From the NCBI GenBank assembly GCA_002633005.1, contig NMRA01000374.1, positions 213,252 to 277,251 on the forward strand: a stretch of DNA of 64,000 bases, written 5' to 3'. Source of the DNA: Phoronis australis. Lineage: Eukaryota; Animalia; Phoronida. Below, piece after piece: positions 40,910 to 55,028 of this stretch (position 1 is the stretch's first letter; each line of letters begins with the position of its first letter). A program made the position numbers and the translations under genes. Below the pieces are notes generated by a model. That model searched no databases, was not told where the DNA came from, and was given only the letters and a program-made list of their open reading frames with translations.

Positions 40910-41305
40910 ACCCCTTACCGCCAGACGTTTTTGTCTTATTTTGTAGATCTAATGTAGCTCAACACACTGGTTGCTAATAAAATGTTCTGAAACCTGCGCC
41001 AGCTGAGATATCGGAATACGAACTTAGCCAAATTTGACCGTTTCAAAAATCACTAAAAGTAATCATCTTATGCGGGTCTAAAAATAGACAAAACATTATA
41101 GAAAATTTGCTCGAATAGAGTAGATGAAGGTCACACCTGATCAAGAACACAGCTTCAATATTTCAACGTTACTTCCTCTGCATAAATAACTGTTGAAAAT
41201 TTACTAAAACTCAACTGCCGTTAGGCTCAATACTTGCCGGAAACAAACGGTATCCATGGAAATCAAAAGGAGGTGTTTTAAAATCTGGAGTCAGTGGGGC
41301 CAGTG
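40910..41305 (+). repeat. Interspersed MITE-like repeat (fuller copy of 19669-19985)
   Basis: Colinear shared blocks with 19669-19985; weak terminal inverted similarity CCCTTACCGCCAGA / TCTGGAGTCAGTGGGG. Confidence 0.65.
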
Positions 41306-41344
41306 TTATCACACAGAGAAAATTTAAACAGAATCTGTGACATA

Positions 41345-41830
41345 GCGTTTATCACCCTCTGCCTGGTCTATCTGCGAACATGCTCTTAACCGTTCGTGTT
41401 CCCATCGTAGACATCCCAGCTGGAGTGCCTAGCATTGAAGTCGCCATCAATAAGAATGTCAAGATAGATGTGAAGTAGATTGTGGAGAAAATTCAAATGG
41501 TCACATCTAGGGGAGGAGTTACCCAGTATCTACAGACTGACTAATGTGAATGGGTCGCGGAGACTAAGACCAGTGATCGACGATTATAACCAGTAGTTGC
41601 CTTCAGAGGTAATGAAACTGTGAGTATCCACAAGCTCTACCATGGCGTGGCAGTCTTTGCTGATTGCGCACGCCAGGCCATTGGCGATTCCCTCTCTGGG
41701 AAAGATAAGACCCTCGAGTTCGAAGTCTGTTAGGTCCTTGAGTTTGGCTTCGTGGAACAGGAGAATTTCGTAGTCCGCACAAGCAATTTTAAAATAGTAA
41801 ATAAAGTTCAGCGGGTCTATTTGGCTAGTA
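41345..41830 (-). mobile_element. LINE APE endonuclease relic (Jockey/I-like)
   Basis: EILLFHEAKL near the start and DILIDGDFNARHSSWDVYDGNTNG, the GDFNA(R)H..W motif. Confidence 0.7.
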
Positions 41831-43539
41831 CATGTATACTTCATCAAAATGTAAAACCAAGATCGTACTTTTTGTACATTCGGTGAAAAGTAACCGTAGA
41901 CAGGCAGGAATTAAATATCATTTCTACAGTCTACACGCTGCGTTGTTCTGTAGAAGATGCTCAAGAGTTTAGTAATTGACCTATCGCCAGGATTTTGACT
42001 GACGGCTTAATTGACCAGTCAGAACGCGACATTCTTGACACACCTTCGTCTGCATTTCAAAGCCGCCATTTTTCCCGAAAAACAACACGTTGTCGGTGTC
42101 TTTACACAAGGAGGTGGAGCTTGCAATTGGTCAATTGAGGTTTGATCCAATGCACTGCAAACAAATGACCAAAGTCAAGCAAAACGAAGGCTGAATATTT
42201 TCTTTTTGCAAGTTTTGTATAATGGTTTGCTCAAAACGGTTGAGCAATAGATTATCACGTCCAGGAATTTCTCATATCTAGACCCTCCGAGGGAGTTTTG
42301 AGGAATTACCACCCTCGCGGCTAGTGCACGAATATGTGACATACAAAAACCGTGAAAGTCGCAACCGGAAGCAGCGACTTTTCAATAAAAACTCTTTTAA
42401 AGTACTCGTGATTCTAGAGATTGCTTTTGTACGTTAAACAGGGGAAGTGGAGATGAAATCAAAGAAACAATGTTGTAATGGCACTGTTGACCGAGAAATC
42501 CTGGATTTACACTCCCTGGTGAATTTAAATCGTGTTTACATGTGCCTGGTTTAGAAAGAATACACATTGCCAACTACAACTGATTACCTTGGTTTCTTTG
42601 TAGGACCTCATTACCTCCCATGTGTTAGGAGCGAGAAGTACACCAATCTTTGGCACAGTGGTAAATTTAACGAAGCGTACCAACCGCTCAATCTCAACTC
42701 TTTTTCATAAAAAGGTGGCAACGTAATAATAATGGTACATAATTATAAAATTTATATTAGCCTCAACTACTGCCAGCTCCTGCTTTATGATCCGTGGTAA
42801 TTACTCATTAAGTTGTACTCAGCCAAGTATCAGTGAGAAGCAGTTATCATAGGCACCCTGCCACACGCCCTTAACCCCGCAACTGCTCGTGCTAATAAAA
42901 TGTAATTGATGTGTTCCACGTAAACCTGTACCGTGTACGTGACGGTACTCCGACAACACGGCGATAATTAATCAAAGTGGCATGGAAAGTACCATCACAC
43001 TCACGGTTCTCCCACACACCTGTACTGCGTTCACGATCAGTTATGCCTAATGCGAAAGCATCGCCCATTTGCTACGCTCTGCCGGAACAGAACTTGAATT
43101 CACTAAGCTCAACGAAAGAATTTTCTCGACACGCTCAACCCTCATGATGAAATCCCAGCTAAAATAAATATTTCTGTGGTGCAGAAGAAACTCTCGCTCC
43201 CGGACAGACAAAATATCTTTGTTTGGAAAATTTCAAAGCGTGCAACAATTACGCTTCATAAAATCCACACCCAGAATAACTGGAAAATCAATCTCAGATA
43301 CAACAACAATTTGTTTAAAACATTAATCTCCACTACTGAAACTAATTTCTATGTCACCGTAATCGCTAATCACGTTACCGCAAACATATAAAATATTTAC
43401 GGAAATGTGGCGCAAATCTTGGGGGAATGAAACACAAGTAAAGTAATTTTTCGAAAAATAGTGTGTCTTTTAATCATGTCCCTTGTTCAGTTGCATTAAT
43501 TCCATAGGGTCTGACCCATTATGCAGCTCTTCTTCCTGT

Positions 43540-43990
43540 TGGATGTTAGTGTGTTAAGACAATCGAATTTTACTATGACTTATTTCGTCTGATCATAAAG
43601 TATTGATATCTTATCCAATAACATAACATGGTGTCAGGACTGCTGAAGAACTGAAGAATTTGAGGACTTGTTTATTTTGTGATTACGTGGACTGCCACAA
43701 TGGCTAGTTTACAAGGATAAAGTCATCCATCCATGAATTGGTCAGCCAGTGACCTGCCTCTGACATTTAGCAACTTCAAGGGACTGTGCCAATTATATTT
43801 TAAAGGACCACTGTCGATATTAGATGAAACACACTTGGGTTGGTCAAGAGTGACGTGATATCCACAAAACATGGACATTAACTGCAGATGAGGAAAAGTC
43901 ACTGGACACTTACTGGAATATGTTCGAGAAGTATGTGACGCCCAGAAGTAATTCATTCCGGCAGCGTCTGAGAAAAGAGTCCGCTCCACT
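43540..43990 (+). mobile_element. Gypsy/Ty3 LTR retrotransposon 5' fragment (LTR end, PBS, gag start)
   Basis: ..AACA|TGGTGTCAGGA, a tRNA-Leu-type PBS at 43629; from ATG 43700 MASLQG*SHPSMNWSASDLPLTFSNFKGLCQLYFKGPL..LDTYWNMFEKYVTPRSN, a Mag-clade-like gag N-terminus. Confidence 0.75.
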
Positions 43991-45184
43991 TCAATTGTTT
44001 CGAGCGCACGTTCTTATGCGCATAAATTACATGCCCACTGACCGCAATAGGCATGTTTAGCCTAAGGCAATGATCTTTATCTAATTATGGTCTTGCCTAC
44101 GGATTGCCTGCCATCGCGTATCTTGGATTTCATAGAATGTTCAGTCTGGACATCAACGTAATTGAATTCTACATAAAAAATAAAGATTTGCCCTTTTTGA
44201 ACGGAAAATTTTGACCCAGAATTAAACGTTAAACATGAAAAGCAAACTTGAACAACATTTAACTGGTGATTCCCTTGAAGATTAATGCGCGGCCTTGTGT
44301 TGTGAATGCTTTATTACCTGATTCATAAAAAATGAAATTTAGTAGTGTTCATAACAATCAATTTTACAGAATTCAGTTTTAACTAAGCGTTCTTAAACTT
44401 TTTCATTAATACTGTGAGCTGTAGCGAACTATTTTATTGAGCGGTCACGCATGGCTGTGCACTAGGGCTCAGTCACATGGCATAACACTGTTCAGTCAAG
44501 GCGAGAAAGGTTTTTGTTTTGCTTCCGTCAAAAATGTCGAAGACCTAAGGCGTGGACTAAAACGAACAATAGGCTCCTGCTTGAATCAGGGAGCTCAGGA
44601 GGGTTGTACACAAGTGTCTTTTGTTGGTTGGTGTGTTGAGTTCGATCGATTGGTGAGCGATGACGAAGTTCGGTCACCGGCAGTTCCATTCAAAACCAGC
44701 AACGAGTAGAACTGCAACCGAGGTGAGTCTCATTTTTTATGAAAAGCTGCAACACCGTAGATTCTTTTCTTGACTCCTCCCCCTCTTCTTGAGTGCCGAT
44801 CCAGACGCGGAATGCCCGGGTGGCAGGTCCGTTAGTCCCTGGGTTTTCCATTTTGGAAGTCGTGGGTGGCGTTGCCTACGGCTGCGCGCAATTAACTGTT
44901 TAACTCGGGCTTGCAAAATTTATCTTTTATACGTTCAACCCTTCCTAGAACTATATATTACAGATAACGAGTACCTATGGTAGGATTCACGAAAGTAGGA
45001 AAATCGGTTTGGTGGATGTGGTATTTCAGGGAAGAATTCCACTGTTGGTTATTCGAGTTCTTTCATGCAAAATAGCTAGGAAAGATTTAAGTAAACTGTG
45101 TTGCCTAAGGTTGTTGACAGAACTGCGTTATTGGAGATAACTTTCTGGTGGAATATTTCCCTGCAAATTTTCAGAAAATGTTAA

Positions 45185-46787
45185 AGGAGAATGCCACCCG
45201 ATTTAATTAGTCTTTTTTGCCGTCTTAATCTGTCTATATCCACATCGCCTCGCATACGGTCGACCTTACCTTGCCAAGAGGTGTCGCGTTAACCTGTGAG
45301 GAAGGTGAGAAACGACGCTAGCGACGTCAACGGCTTATATACAGAGTGAATGCCGCTATGTTGCAGTGCATCGTTCCTGCTTGTCCGAACTAAGCAGCTG
45401 CGAGGAAAGCGGATATATCGGGTTTTTTTTACTTTCTCGGGAGTCCGAAATGCTTAGGAAGTGGCTCGTGGTAGAAAAGAATGAAATGTACGCTGTAAAT
45501 AGCAAGTATGAGGCCGTGAAACATCTCCGTGTCTGTGGCCAGTGCAGACGTCGACAGTGCCTGACGAATGCCGGCTTACCAAATAACTCCATACATTCCG
45601 TTGTCTGAGCTTGCTCACGGCTCCTCTCTAGTATTTCTTCATCACTGTATTCCTGTTCGAATTGACAGCCTGCAAAACTTAACGATCCACCAGCGAAGTC
45701 GGGACTGATGAGCTCTAGCTCGTCCTAAGTCGGGATTGCGAGTTGCCATGTTGGCGTTTATTACTGAGCGTTATGTTTCAAAATGAATTATTCTCTCCTA
45801 ACCAATACTGAAACTGAAACAAAGTCTGTCTCATTAGATACAATTTGTAATGCCTTTTGAGTGTTCNNNNNNNNNNNNNNNNNNNNNNNNNNNNNNNNNN
45901 NNNNNNNNNNNNNNNNNNNNNNNNNNNNNNNNNNNNNNNNNNNNNNNNNNNNNCCAGGTGTTAGGGGAATCTTTATTTACATTTACATTACTCAAATAAT
46001 GATTGTCATTGCACAACTTCTGCCCTGACGGTGCTGTGGCCAAAGCGGAACCTGAATTCGCGGCCCCCGACGAGTAAGTAGATTTGCAGTTTCGTGGTAA
46101 TTCACCAACATAATCACGTGCACATTACTTTGGCTCACTAGTATAGTATTTTCTTGACTGGAAGTTTAGTTTCCACTGAACTTTGGCTGGTTTATGTTCG
46201 TGATGTCTGATCAATTTCCGAGCCACTGGCCCGTTCGGGATAACGAGTCAATCCGGCCGGCCGCGTCGGGCCTATCGGGCTTCGAGCCACTGGCCAGGAT
46301 AGTAAGCGTTTTGTGTTTAGAACTCAAAAAATCACAAGTCTAAACAACACAGATCTAGGTTCTCATGTCTGTATCTCAAGGAAAATACTTCGAAATTTTC
46401 TCCGAACAGACCCCAAACTCCTGCTACATACCTTATTGGCCTGCCGAACTTTGTAGGCTACGGTGTGTCCAAATACCAATAAATCCGTAAGAGCGAAATA
46501 AAACAAGACGTTTTTATAAGAACTCGGCGTATTTTTAAGGGTTTTACATCGAATTTTGATGATTTATTGGTGTTAAACGATGACTTCAAGCGATAAGGTG
46601 ACACCAGTAACCCGTGTTGTGAGCTGCTGAACAGACTGCGTGTGAAACCGATGACGTCATTGGATAATTTAAACACCTCCGTCTGCCGTCAGGTGTCAGG
46701 TAACGCAACCGTACGTGTCGTTATGTAGTAGAACTACTCGATCTAAATTGATTCAAATTAGGTTTTTTTTTGGGGTGGCATGCTCCT
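45185..46787. mobile_element. Kolobok-like non-autonomous transposon
   Basis: TTAA|AGGAGAATGCCACCC ... GGGTGGCATGCTCCT|TTAA; minus-strand relic FAGCQFEQEYSDEEILER (~45690-45620) resembles a KolX N-terminus; contains an N-gap. Confidence 0.75.
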
Positions 46788-49079
46788 TTAACCTTGTTAG
46801 GAATGATTTCAACCTTGGCCTGATGGGGTGTTATTTCTTATTGTTGTATTTGATTGAAATTCTTTCGCTTCCAAGAGTTTTCGTGGTTGGGTATTTGTCG
46901 CAGGTATATTTTTAAGGTCGCGCCCGGCGTTATTGGCGCATAAAAATTTTTAATTGAAGCTCTGGAGTTGCTTATTTTGAGCCAACTAGCACATTAAGTT
47001 TGTGTCGAATTTGCATTATTTTCTCGTAACTTATCGTAGTTGATTTGAGGCCATGTAGGTCAATTGATCCAAGTGCATGTTTACTTAAAATGATCCACGT
47101 TATCACCTGCTTTCCGTGGGCGATATCACTGGTCATCTACACAAAAATATAGAGCATTTGACCCTGCTCACGTCTTGGGCCCTCAGAATTGTTCTTTGCT
47201 GAACCCTACTATCCACAAATCCATTTTAAAATTATTGTTCATTCGTTTCAGCTGTTGGTTGTTGAGTTTCAAGGCTTATAAGGCATTGGATTTCCTTTGT
47301 CCTGAACTAAAGGTTGGATGAAGATTGTCTGTAAACAACATAATTATACAACACCTTACAATGCAAGGGTTGAAAGGACCGGGTGTGTCTATGATAGCAA
47401 TCTGAGGTTTAATCAGAAAGGAGAATGAAACATGAACCAAGACTGGTTTAGAGATAAAAGACTGGTTGGAATCCAAGATTAGTGACTTGTTGGAGACAGT
47501 GGGTAACTGAACTATTCAAAGCTTGATGGTCAGTCTATTCCAAAATACATATGCACAGTAAATGAGAATATTGTTTAGTATAGTTTATTACTTTTGAGGC
47601 CTTTTCATTCTGACTAAACTCCGATCTGAGCGGAGCGTCGAAGTAAACTGCAAGTAACTAAACCGTTCATACAGGCTTAGGTAGTTAGCGGACTTCGAAA
47701 TACACTGTAGGCAACACTATTGCAAGTGATGTAGTATGATTAATGCTCAATCAATTATCCATGAATAATTTGGATTTACCATGCATTTTTCACAAGTTAT
47801 GGAGTTTGTTTCATTTGATTTAGCCTGAAGAATTAGAAATTTGGCGTTATGATACAGTGATAAGCACATTTGATGTAGAAGTTGCCAAATTAGTGTTTCC
47901 TTAGAATTTGTTTTCAAAATTCATTGCTTGTTACATTTTATGGAATTCATGAGCTAGTGTTAAAGTTTAAAAAGATTTTTATGCTTTACATATGCTATGG
48001 AAATTAGCCTTTATAACAAGTCTTTGCTTTTAGCTTAATATATCTTCTAAAACAACTGCTTGCATGCTCACACCTTTCATTTTCATGTTACAATATGTTA
48101 AAGGTCATTATTTAATTTAACTAATATCTGTCTTACGGTCTTAAAGTTTGTGTTCTGTTTGTGTTGTCCAATCTAGACTGTTCTGTTTTAGCCAGTTAAG
48201 GGCTTTGACTTTGTAGCAACTGGTGTTAGGAAAGAAACGTTTTAAAACGTCCAAATGATTAATATGTAGGTTATTAATTGGCACCATTTTAAGGGCGTTC
48301 CAATTTGTCAATGAACTTTTTAAGTCTTGAATTTTGTAATTTGGTCTTTGCCAACTGTAAATTTGCAAAAAAGTTGGGGTCACCCAAATAGTATTTCCAT
48401 GTGTGTGTGAACAGAGGACAAAAATACGAAACTAACATAGGTTACTGAAAAGTCACCGTCAACTGTAATCAACCCAATGCTTGCAATCCTGAAAGCCGTA
48501 TCATTGTGCGAAGTCAGTTTTATTTTTTAATGGCTTTCAGTCCTAATTTCTGGTATATTTCATGTAAATCCCATGGACCATGAGACAAGAAAATGGCCAC
48601 AAATGTGTGCCGCACAAATTAGCCGACATTGTCATCTATCGCATTTGATTGACACGATGTATGGCTAAACAACTGAACACCTAATACCGATGGTTAGGTT
48701 TTAATCCATTTATGTGTGACAGTGGTGTCTGACCTTCTAATACTTGATTACTAATTGGTTGAAGTATTGGTGTCTATGTTAGGTAAATAATGCAATATCA
48801 TGTTTGTTAAATGGTGACCCTTATTACTTTGTTTGGTGTGCTTGGTCAGTCTTTTTATCATAGGTTACAAACTGGATAGTGGGGTTGTCTTCATCTGAAA
48901 GGATGAGATGTTCCTTATTGATTATACTATAGGGGTTCGGTTTTTATTTTTTATTTCCCTGTGATATTTAGTCTTTTAATTAATATTATTGGGGACAAAT
49001 AAAACAACACAAGAATAATATATGTTTTAAGTTGTATTGGGAATTTCAGGGTCACAGCTCTACAAATAATTATTTACAG

Positions 49080-51902
49080 AAGGTACCAGATGGGTACCTT
49101 AATTACAAGTGATAACGCAACGATTGCGATACCCAATGTGTAATTGAGTGTCGACCACTAAGTGGCACATGTTAGTATAGTACCAAGTGGGTACATAATA
49201 CCAAATGGGTATTGGCCGATTGCCTAACAACTGGGTCGAGCAAAACGGCAAATTCAATAATAAGTACCAAGTGGATACAAACTGTCAAATGGGCAAATGT
49301 CATATAAAGTACCAAGTGGGTATACCAAACAGCCAACTGGGCTATAACAACCTGGCAAAGCAGGTTCCGGATAAGCTGAGTGAGCAGACTAGCCGGAGTG
49401 ATAAAAAGAGATATTGTAAGGAACGTGGTGTTGTGTCTCAGTGTGTGCCATCCATGAACAACCCTGTCCACCGCCAGTTGGCCATGGGTAGAATACACAC
49501 TGTTTGTTAAAGAAGGCCCCAGCTCTTAAGTTTAGTGCACCTGCACTGTCAGTATACAGAGAGAGAACGTCGTTTGTGCTCCATTCTGACTCGGGAGAGA
49601 AGGTGACCCCATTGAATGAGTCAAGAAACAACAACCATGCAGCATGTCATCTTTCATACAATTAGACACTGATACATGTATGTGATCGTGGGGTTTACGG
49701 GCCCTGGACAGAGCATCGTAGAATCTCCGAATGAAGGCTCGCGCGACTGGAACAGCCTTAGAGAAAAAATTCAGCATGCCAGTTAAAGATTCCAGCTCAC
49801 GTCGTTTTATTCGTTTCTTGTGGACTAAGGTTGATAACGTGGTGCGGAGTTGGGTGAGTTTCTTGTCCGGTATTCTTATTTGTTGTTGAACAGTGTCGAT
49901 GTCCAGGCCTAAGAATGTGAGTTGTGTGGAAGGACCAGCTGTTTTGTCTGTGGCAATGGGTACATCGATTTCATCACAGATGGATGTGAAGTGGGCCATT
50001 AGGGTCTTGCAGATATCTGTGCCAGGCGGCCCAACGAATATAAAGTCGTCAAGGTAGTGGTCCAATGTTTTTTGTCCCGATCGATCCTCGACGGCCCAGT
50101 GTAGTGCTGTTGAGAATGTCTCGAAGAGTTAAGGTGCTAACGAGGCGTCAAATGGGAGGCATTTGTCAATGAAGTGGTATCCCTGGTGTTGGTACCCTAA
50201 AAGATCGAAGTCACCGGGGTAAATTGGAAGGAGTCGGAAGGCAGACTTAATGTCCATTTTTGCTAGCTGGGCACCCAGGCCAGCATGGCTGATCATGTCT
50301 ATAACCTTATCAAAGCTTGTGTACTGCAGAGTGCAGTAGTTGGGATTAATTCCGTCGTTGACACTGGTCCCAACTGGATATGAGAGGTGGGAGATCATGC
50401 GAAAAATCCCTGTCAGATTTGGAGAGGAGACCGAGCGGCGAGGTACGAAGGTTATGTATGGGGCGTATAGGAAAGGGGCCTGCCATGCGGCCCAGGTCAC
50501 ATTCTTTGATGAGTTTGTCCCACAGCTGCTGGGGTTGGCAAGTTGCTGATAACAGGTTTCTCGCTGTGGTGTGGCTTCTTGTGCCCGTGTACTGTAACCC
50601 AAAGCCATTTCGGAATCCTTGAACAAGAAATGAAGCACAGCTGGGGTCCGGGTACCCATGTAGAATGCGTTCGAGCGCCAGCGGTTTGACAGGCGTGTGA
50701 CCCAGGCTCCAGATATACTCGTGATGTGGGTGTTTGGTCGATACTAGAATAACATAACACTAGAATAACATAAAACTAGAATAACTTAGTGGGGTCCTGG
50801 TAGTTTAACGGGAAAGGGGAAATGAATTATGTAGTAGGGTAGGGTTTACAATGGCCTAGGCTTAGAGGTGAATCTATGGTGAGGGTGGGTTGGATTCCGG
50901 GGGCGAATTGGAAATTGGTTGGATGCACCCTGGGAAGGCCCCGGCCGGGACTGTTGGGTAGCCCTGTAACATGTGAGGCTTGGGTGGGAGCCACCGCAGG
51001 TCATGCAGGTATGCTTGTATCTGCACTGCCATGTAGTGCAATTGCCCTTGAAGTTGAAGGCATAGCAGTGTCTGGTAGGTGAGTGAGGTGCGGTGTCGAT
51101 AGTCGGGCCAGTCATATATAGCAACCACAACTCCGGATCTATCGCCGACCATGGTCTGGCCGGGTCACGAGTTTGCGGGATCGGTATTGTTCGTCATAAG
51201 GTATCCAACCTGTTCTGGTGCGCTGGGCCCCGAGGCGAACATCGTGCATGTACTTAAGCAGCTCTGGGCCTCGGTGGGGGTGAGCTTCGATAAATATTGA
51301 CGCAAATATGAGAAAGGCGTCAGTTCATTTCTCAATGGTTGTTATTTTGAGTTTGGGTGGTTGGTGTAAAACGAGGCGGTTGTTAAAGACCACCACTTGG
51401 TGTGGCGATGTGATGGCTGAGGTTGGGAGGAGGGTGCTAAGGTCGATGTATTCGCCGTCATGTATTTTTGTGTGAATTGAAGACGGTACATGGGTACCCA
51501 TTATCGGATAGACACGTAATCAAGTAGAGTCACCTCAGAGACTAACTGACCTGGTTGGGGTGGAGTGGCTAGCGGTGCAGACGTAGATGCTTGGTCGCCG
51601 TGGCTGGTGGGAGCCTGGTCTAACGGCCCCTTCTCTGTTCTTGCTGACCTAGTCCTGGTACCTTTAGGGGTGGCTCGGCCTGATTTTGTTGTCTTGCCTT
51701 TGGCTTTTGGCATGTTGTAGCTCGGATAAGAAAATATGAAAAAGAAAAAAAAAACAGTTTGAATTAACCTCACTGTATATGAAGATGAGGGTGCTCGGTT
51801 GGAGGTAGGGAACGCGTGATTTTGAAGTGGTGTTCGGGAGCAGGGTCATGTAAGTAGGCGTAGGGGAAATTAGCGAGGGGATGAGTTTGGGTTTGACGGG
51901 TA
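49080..51902 (-). mobile_element. Ngaro/DIRS-type retrotransposon, degenerate (gag, RT, RNase H; no tyrosine recombinase seen)
   Basis: gag HVPSSIHTKIHDGEYIDL..TDAFLIFASI..YDEQYR and a CYAFN..C..C.YKH.C..CGG.H finger; RT FRMISHLSYP..SVNDGI..LAKMDIKSAFRLLP..HYLDDF..TFLGLDID; RNase H LYTDSAG. Confidence 0.88.
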
Positions 51903-53481
51903 TTAAGAGGCATTATTTGAGAAAACCTGCAAAATTGCAAAATGTTGGCGGAGGCACTTTCATCAATTAAGTTGATACTTTGCACACCAATTTGTACTCA
52001 CATATGAATAACTAAATCACGTCTGTTTTTTATCTGGAGTCATTCTATAAAAAATAAATACCTTCCGTCGTGGTTTTTTCACAAACAGGACAAGAATGTC
52101 CAAAAAGACAAACAGAATGCCAACACTCACAGAGCTGGAAGCCAGTTTATGACTTTGAATGATCATAATTAGTGGAATTGAAGCCATTGCTGTGCTTGGG
52201 AATTGATTTCGTTGAGCATCTGTGTGAATTTGTATTTCATCTCGATTTTTTTTGACGCACTAAAATTGACCGAACGTCACTTCAGTTAGGCCTTGGTTAG
52301 GCTTAGTAAATCCCGAAGTTTTCCGATAGTAGAAGTCCGATTATGAAAAAGTGGTTCCAAATTATATTTAAAAAATGGTGTCTTAGTACAGAAAAAACTT
52401 TATTGTTCACCGTAATACAATTTGAACTTTGGGATAATTAATCCTTTTTTGACAATCCGACTTTATTCGGAGGCACTTTCGCATAATTGCCTTGGTAATT
52501 ATCAGCGAAGGTCGATGTCACGTGACATACCGAAACTCAGCAAATTGCGTATTTTAACAGAAACAGAGCATAAAATTAAAATTTGTCTCTGTATCATTCC
52601 TCATTATGAATTATGTGTAGAATAAAGTTATATTTGAATAAAATACTAAGAGTTTAACTGAACTTACAACAAGAATTCTAGTTTTGAGAGTACAAGGGAA
52701 GGAAAACACAAGAAAAGCGACCCTTGTGGGTACTTGTTGTTCATTCTCTACAAAATCCACAGTAAATTGTTCTGAAGTCGGGGATGAAAAGAATCTGACG
52801 AGTGTTATGAGCTGTGACAGAGCAGTTTCCAAATATCTGTGGTACATAAACATATCGGAGGACGTAACGAAGTGGAAACTTCTGTTGAACAGAGCGGTAT
52901 TTGACGAGGGCTCGGCTGATGAACTGACGGTGTGTCCCCTTCATAGGAACAAGTTTGGTGTAGAGTTCTTCCCATATAAACTCTGTGCCTACCCAGATCA
53001 TGGAGGGAAGAAGAAGAGGCGTCCTAAAGCTCCGTGAGGTTGACGCGCAATGAATTTAGCTATGTTAGAGGAGATAAGAACTGAGAGAAATGTGATCCTG
53101 CCCATTGGATCACGTATGCATTGTTTAATTCTGGATATATGGCAAGATATAGGGTAGAGTGAAAACGTGCATTTTAAAATGTGTCGGTTTTTGAAGGTGA
53201 AATCGACGCATTTCGTTTCTCAACTAAAATCCGCAAAAACTTGCTGATTAAACTACGATCACCGACTGGATCGTCACTTAAGTTCCGGCACCGGTACAGC
53301 GGGCGCGAACTCATTCTCCCAGTTGGTCCTCCGCCAACCGTAGGCCTAATGGATACGTGGCCACAGGGCAGCTCATCAGGCCTTTTAGTATGTGGACCGC
53401 TTCAGATGCCATTCTGGGAGACCGCGTAAGTATATATGCCGGCGCTTAGTCAGAATCACGACCGCCAATGTCTCTGAACTT

Positions 53482-54845
53482 GAAACTGACACAAATGGCC
53501 AATAACCGACACATTTCTCAGAACATAGAAAATTTCGCACACATACGCAAGGGACACTATGAGACTTGCAGCCGCGTTCCAACCTTGGCAGCGCGGACCC
53601 CGCAGTTAAACTGCCGGACTTGACCGCGCCGGACCGCCGTCTGGGGAGTTTTCACTGATACCTAGGACACGACTAGGGAGACTGTATCCTGGCCTGCCGA
53701 TGGACCCCGCTGTATGCTTACCTTTGTTAGTCAAGGCTCCTTGAGAAAGCGACACAAATGGTCAATAATCGACACAATTTCTTGGAACTTTGAAAATTTC
53801 GCACATATACACAGAGGAGAGACCTGAGCCGCGTTCCGGCCTCGGCAGGGCAGACCGCCCGCGGGTTTCCGGACTTGACCACATGGACCGCCGCGCCTGG
53901 AGACTTTTTGTAGATAGCTGGGAGACGAGTAGGGACTGTACACGGGCCCGCCACTCGGGACCCCCAGGCTACGTTTCCTTTATTATGTTACATTTTAAAC
54001 ACATTGTTTTGAAAGCGACACAAATGGTCAATAATCGACACATTTTCTCGGAACTCAGAAAAAGGCCGCACATAAACACAGGTGCCAGACCTGCAGCCAC
54101 GCTCCGGCCTCGGCAGTGCAGACCCCGCAAGCTGCCGAACTTGACCGCGTGGACCACCGTCTGGGGAGTTTTCACAGACACCTGGGACAGGACTAGGGAC
54201 TGTATCCCGGCCTTCCAATAGACCCCGCTGTTTGCTTACTTTTGTTATATTTTCAAGGCTCATTTGAGAAAGCGACACAAATGGCCAATAATCGACACAT
54301 TTCTCGGAACTTAGAAAATTTCGCACTTTTACGCAGGGGACAGATCTGAGCAGCCGCGCTCCAGCTTCGACAGCGCAGACCCCGCAAGCGTCGGCTGGGG
54401 ACTTTCACAGACATTGCCGGGACACGACAATGGACTGGATTCCGGCCAGCCGCTTGACCCCGATACGTTTGCTTTTTGTTACATTTTCAAAGCACCTTTG
54501 AGAAAGCGACACAAATGGCCAATAATCGACACATTTCGTGGGACTTAAAAAATTTTGCACATACGCAGGGACAGACCGGCCTGCAGCGCTCCGCCCTCGG
54601 CACCGCAGACCCCGCAGGATGCCGGACTTGACCCCGTGGACCGCCGTCTGTGGAATCGTATCGGGCTCCAGCGGCTGGCGCGGCTGCTCAGGTCTGTCCC
54701 CTGCGTAAATGTGCCAAATTTTCTAAGTTCCGAGAAAATGTGTATCGATTACTGGCAATGCGTGTCGGTTTCAGAAACGTTGCGTTGAAAAATTCCCACG
54801 AAATGTGTAGATTATTGGCCATTTGTGTCGCTTTCAGAAACGTTG
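53482..54845. repeat. GC-rich tandem array (~234-266-bp units) followed by inverted partial units
   Basis: GAAAGCGACACAAATGG(C/T)CAATAATCGACACA (first copy a variant) at 53482, 53745, 54011, 54268, 54502; reverse-complement copies at ~54670-54780 and ~54800-54840. Confidence 0.9.
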
Positions 54846-54933
54846 GGTTGAAAAATTTTGCGATTACAAAGAAATGTGTATATGACTTTCGGCGCCGGAG
54901 CGCGGAATCACGGTAGCCGTCGGGTCGGAGCCT

Positions 54934-55028
54934 GGCCAGTGGAAGACAGGGTGCGCGCTTCCGTAGAGGCCAGTGGAAGACAGGGGGCGCACGTCCGTAG
55001 TGGCCAGTGGAAGACAGGGGGCGCACGG
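54934..55028 (+). repeat. Three ~33-34-bp direct repeats
   Basis: GGCCAGTGGAAGACAGGG(G/T)GCGC at 54934, 54968 and 55001. Confidence 0.9.

Noticed and set aside
53482-54660. Regularly spaced ~32-bp conserved motif resembling a CRISPR array
   Set aside because: The intervening ~230-bp segments are homologous to each other (a tandem satellite), there are no cas genes, and the context is eukaryotic TE sequence
54934-55028. Mini repeat-spacer-like array
   Set aside because: The inter-repeat segments are only ~10 bp and similar to each other; this is a minisatellite
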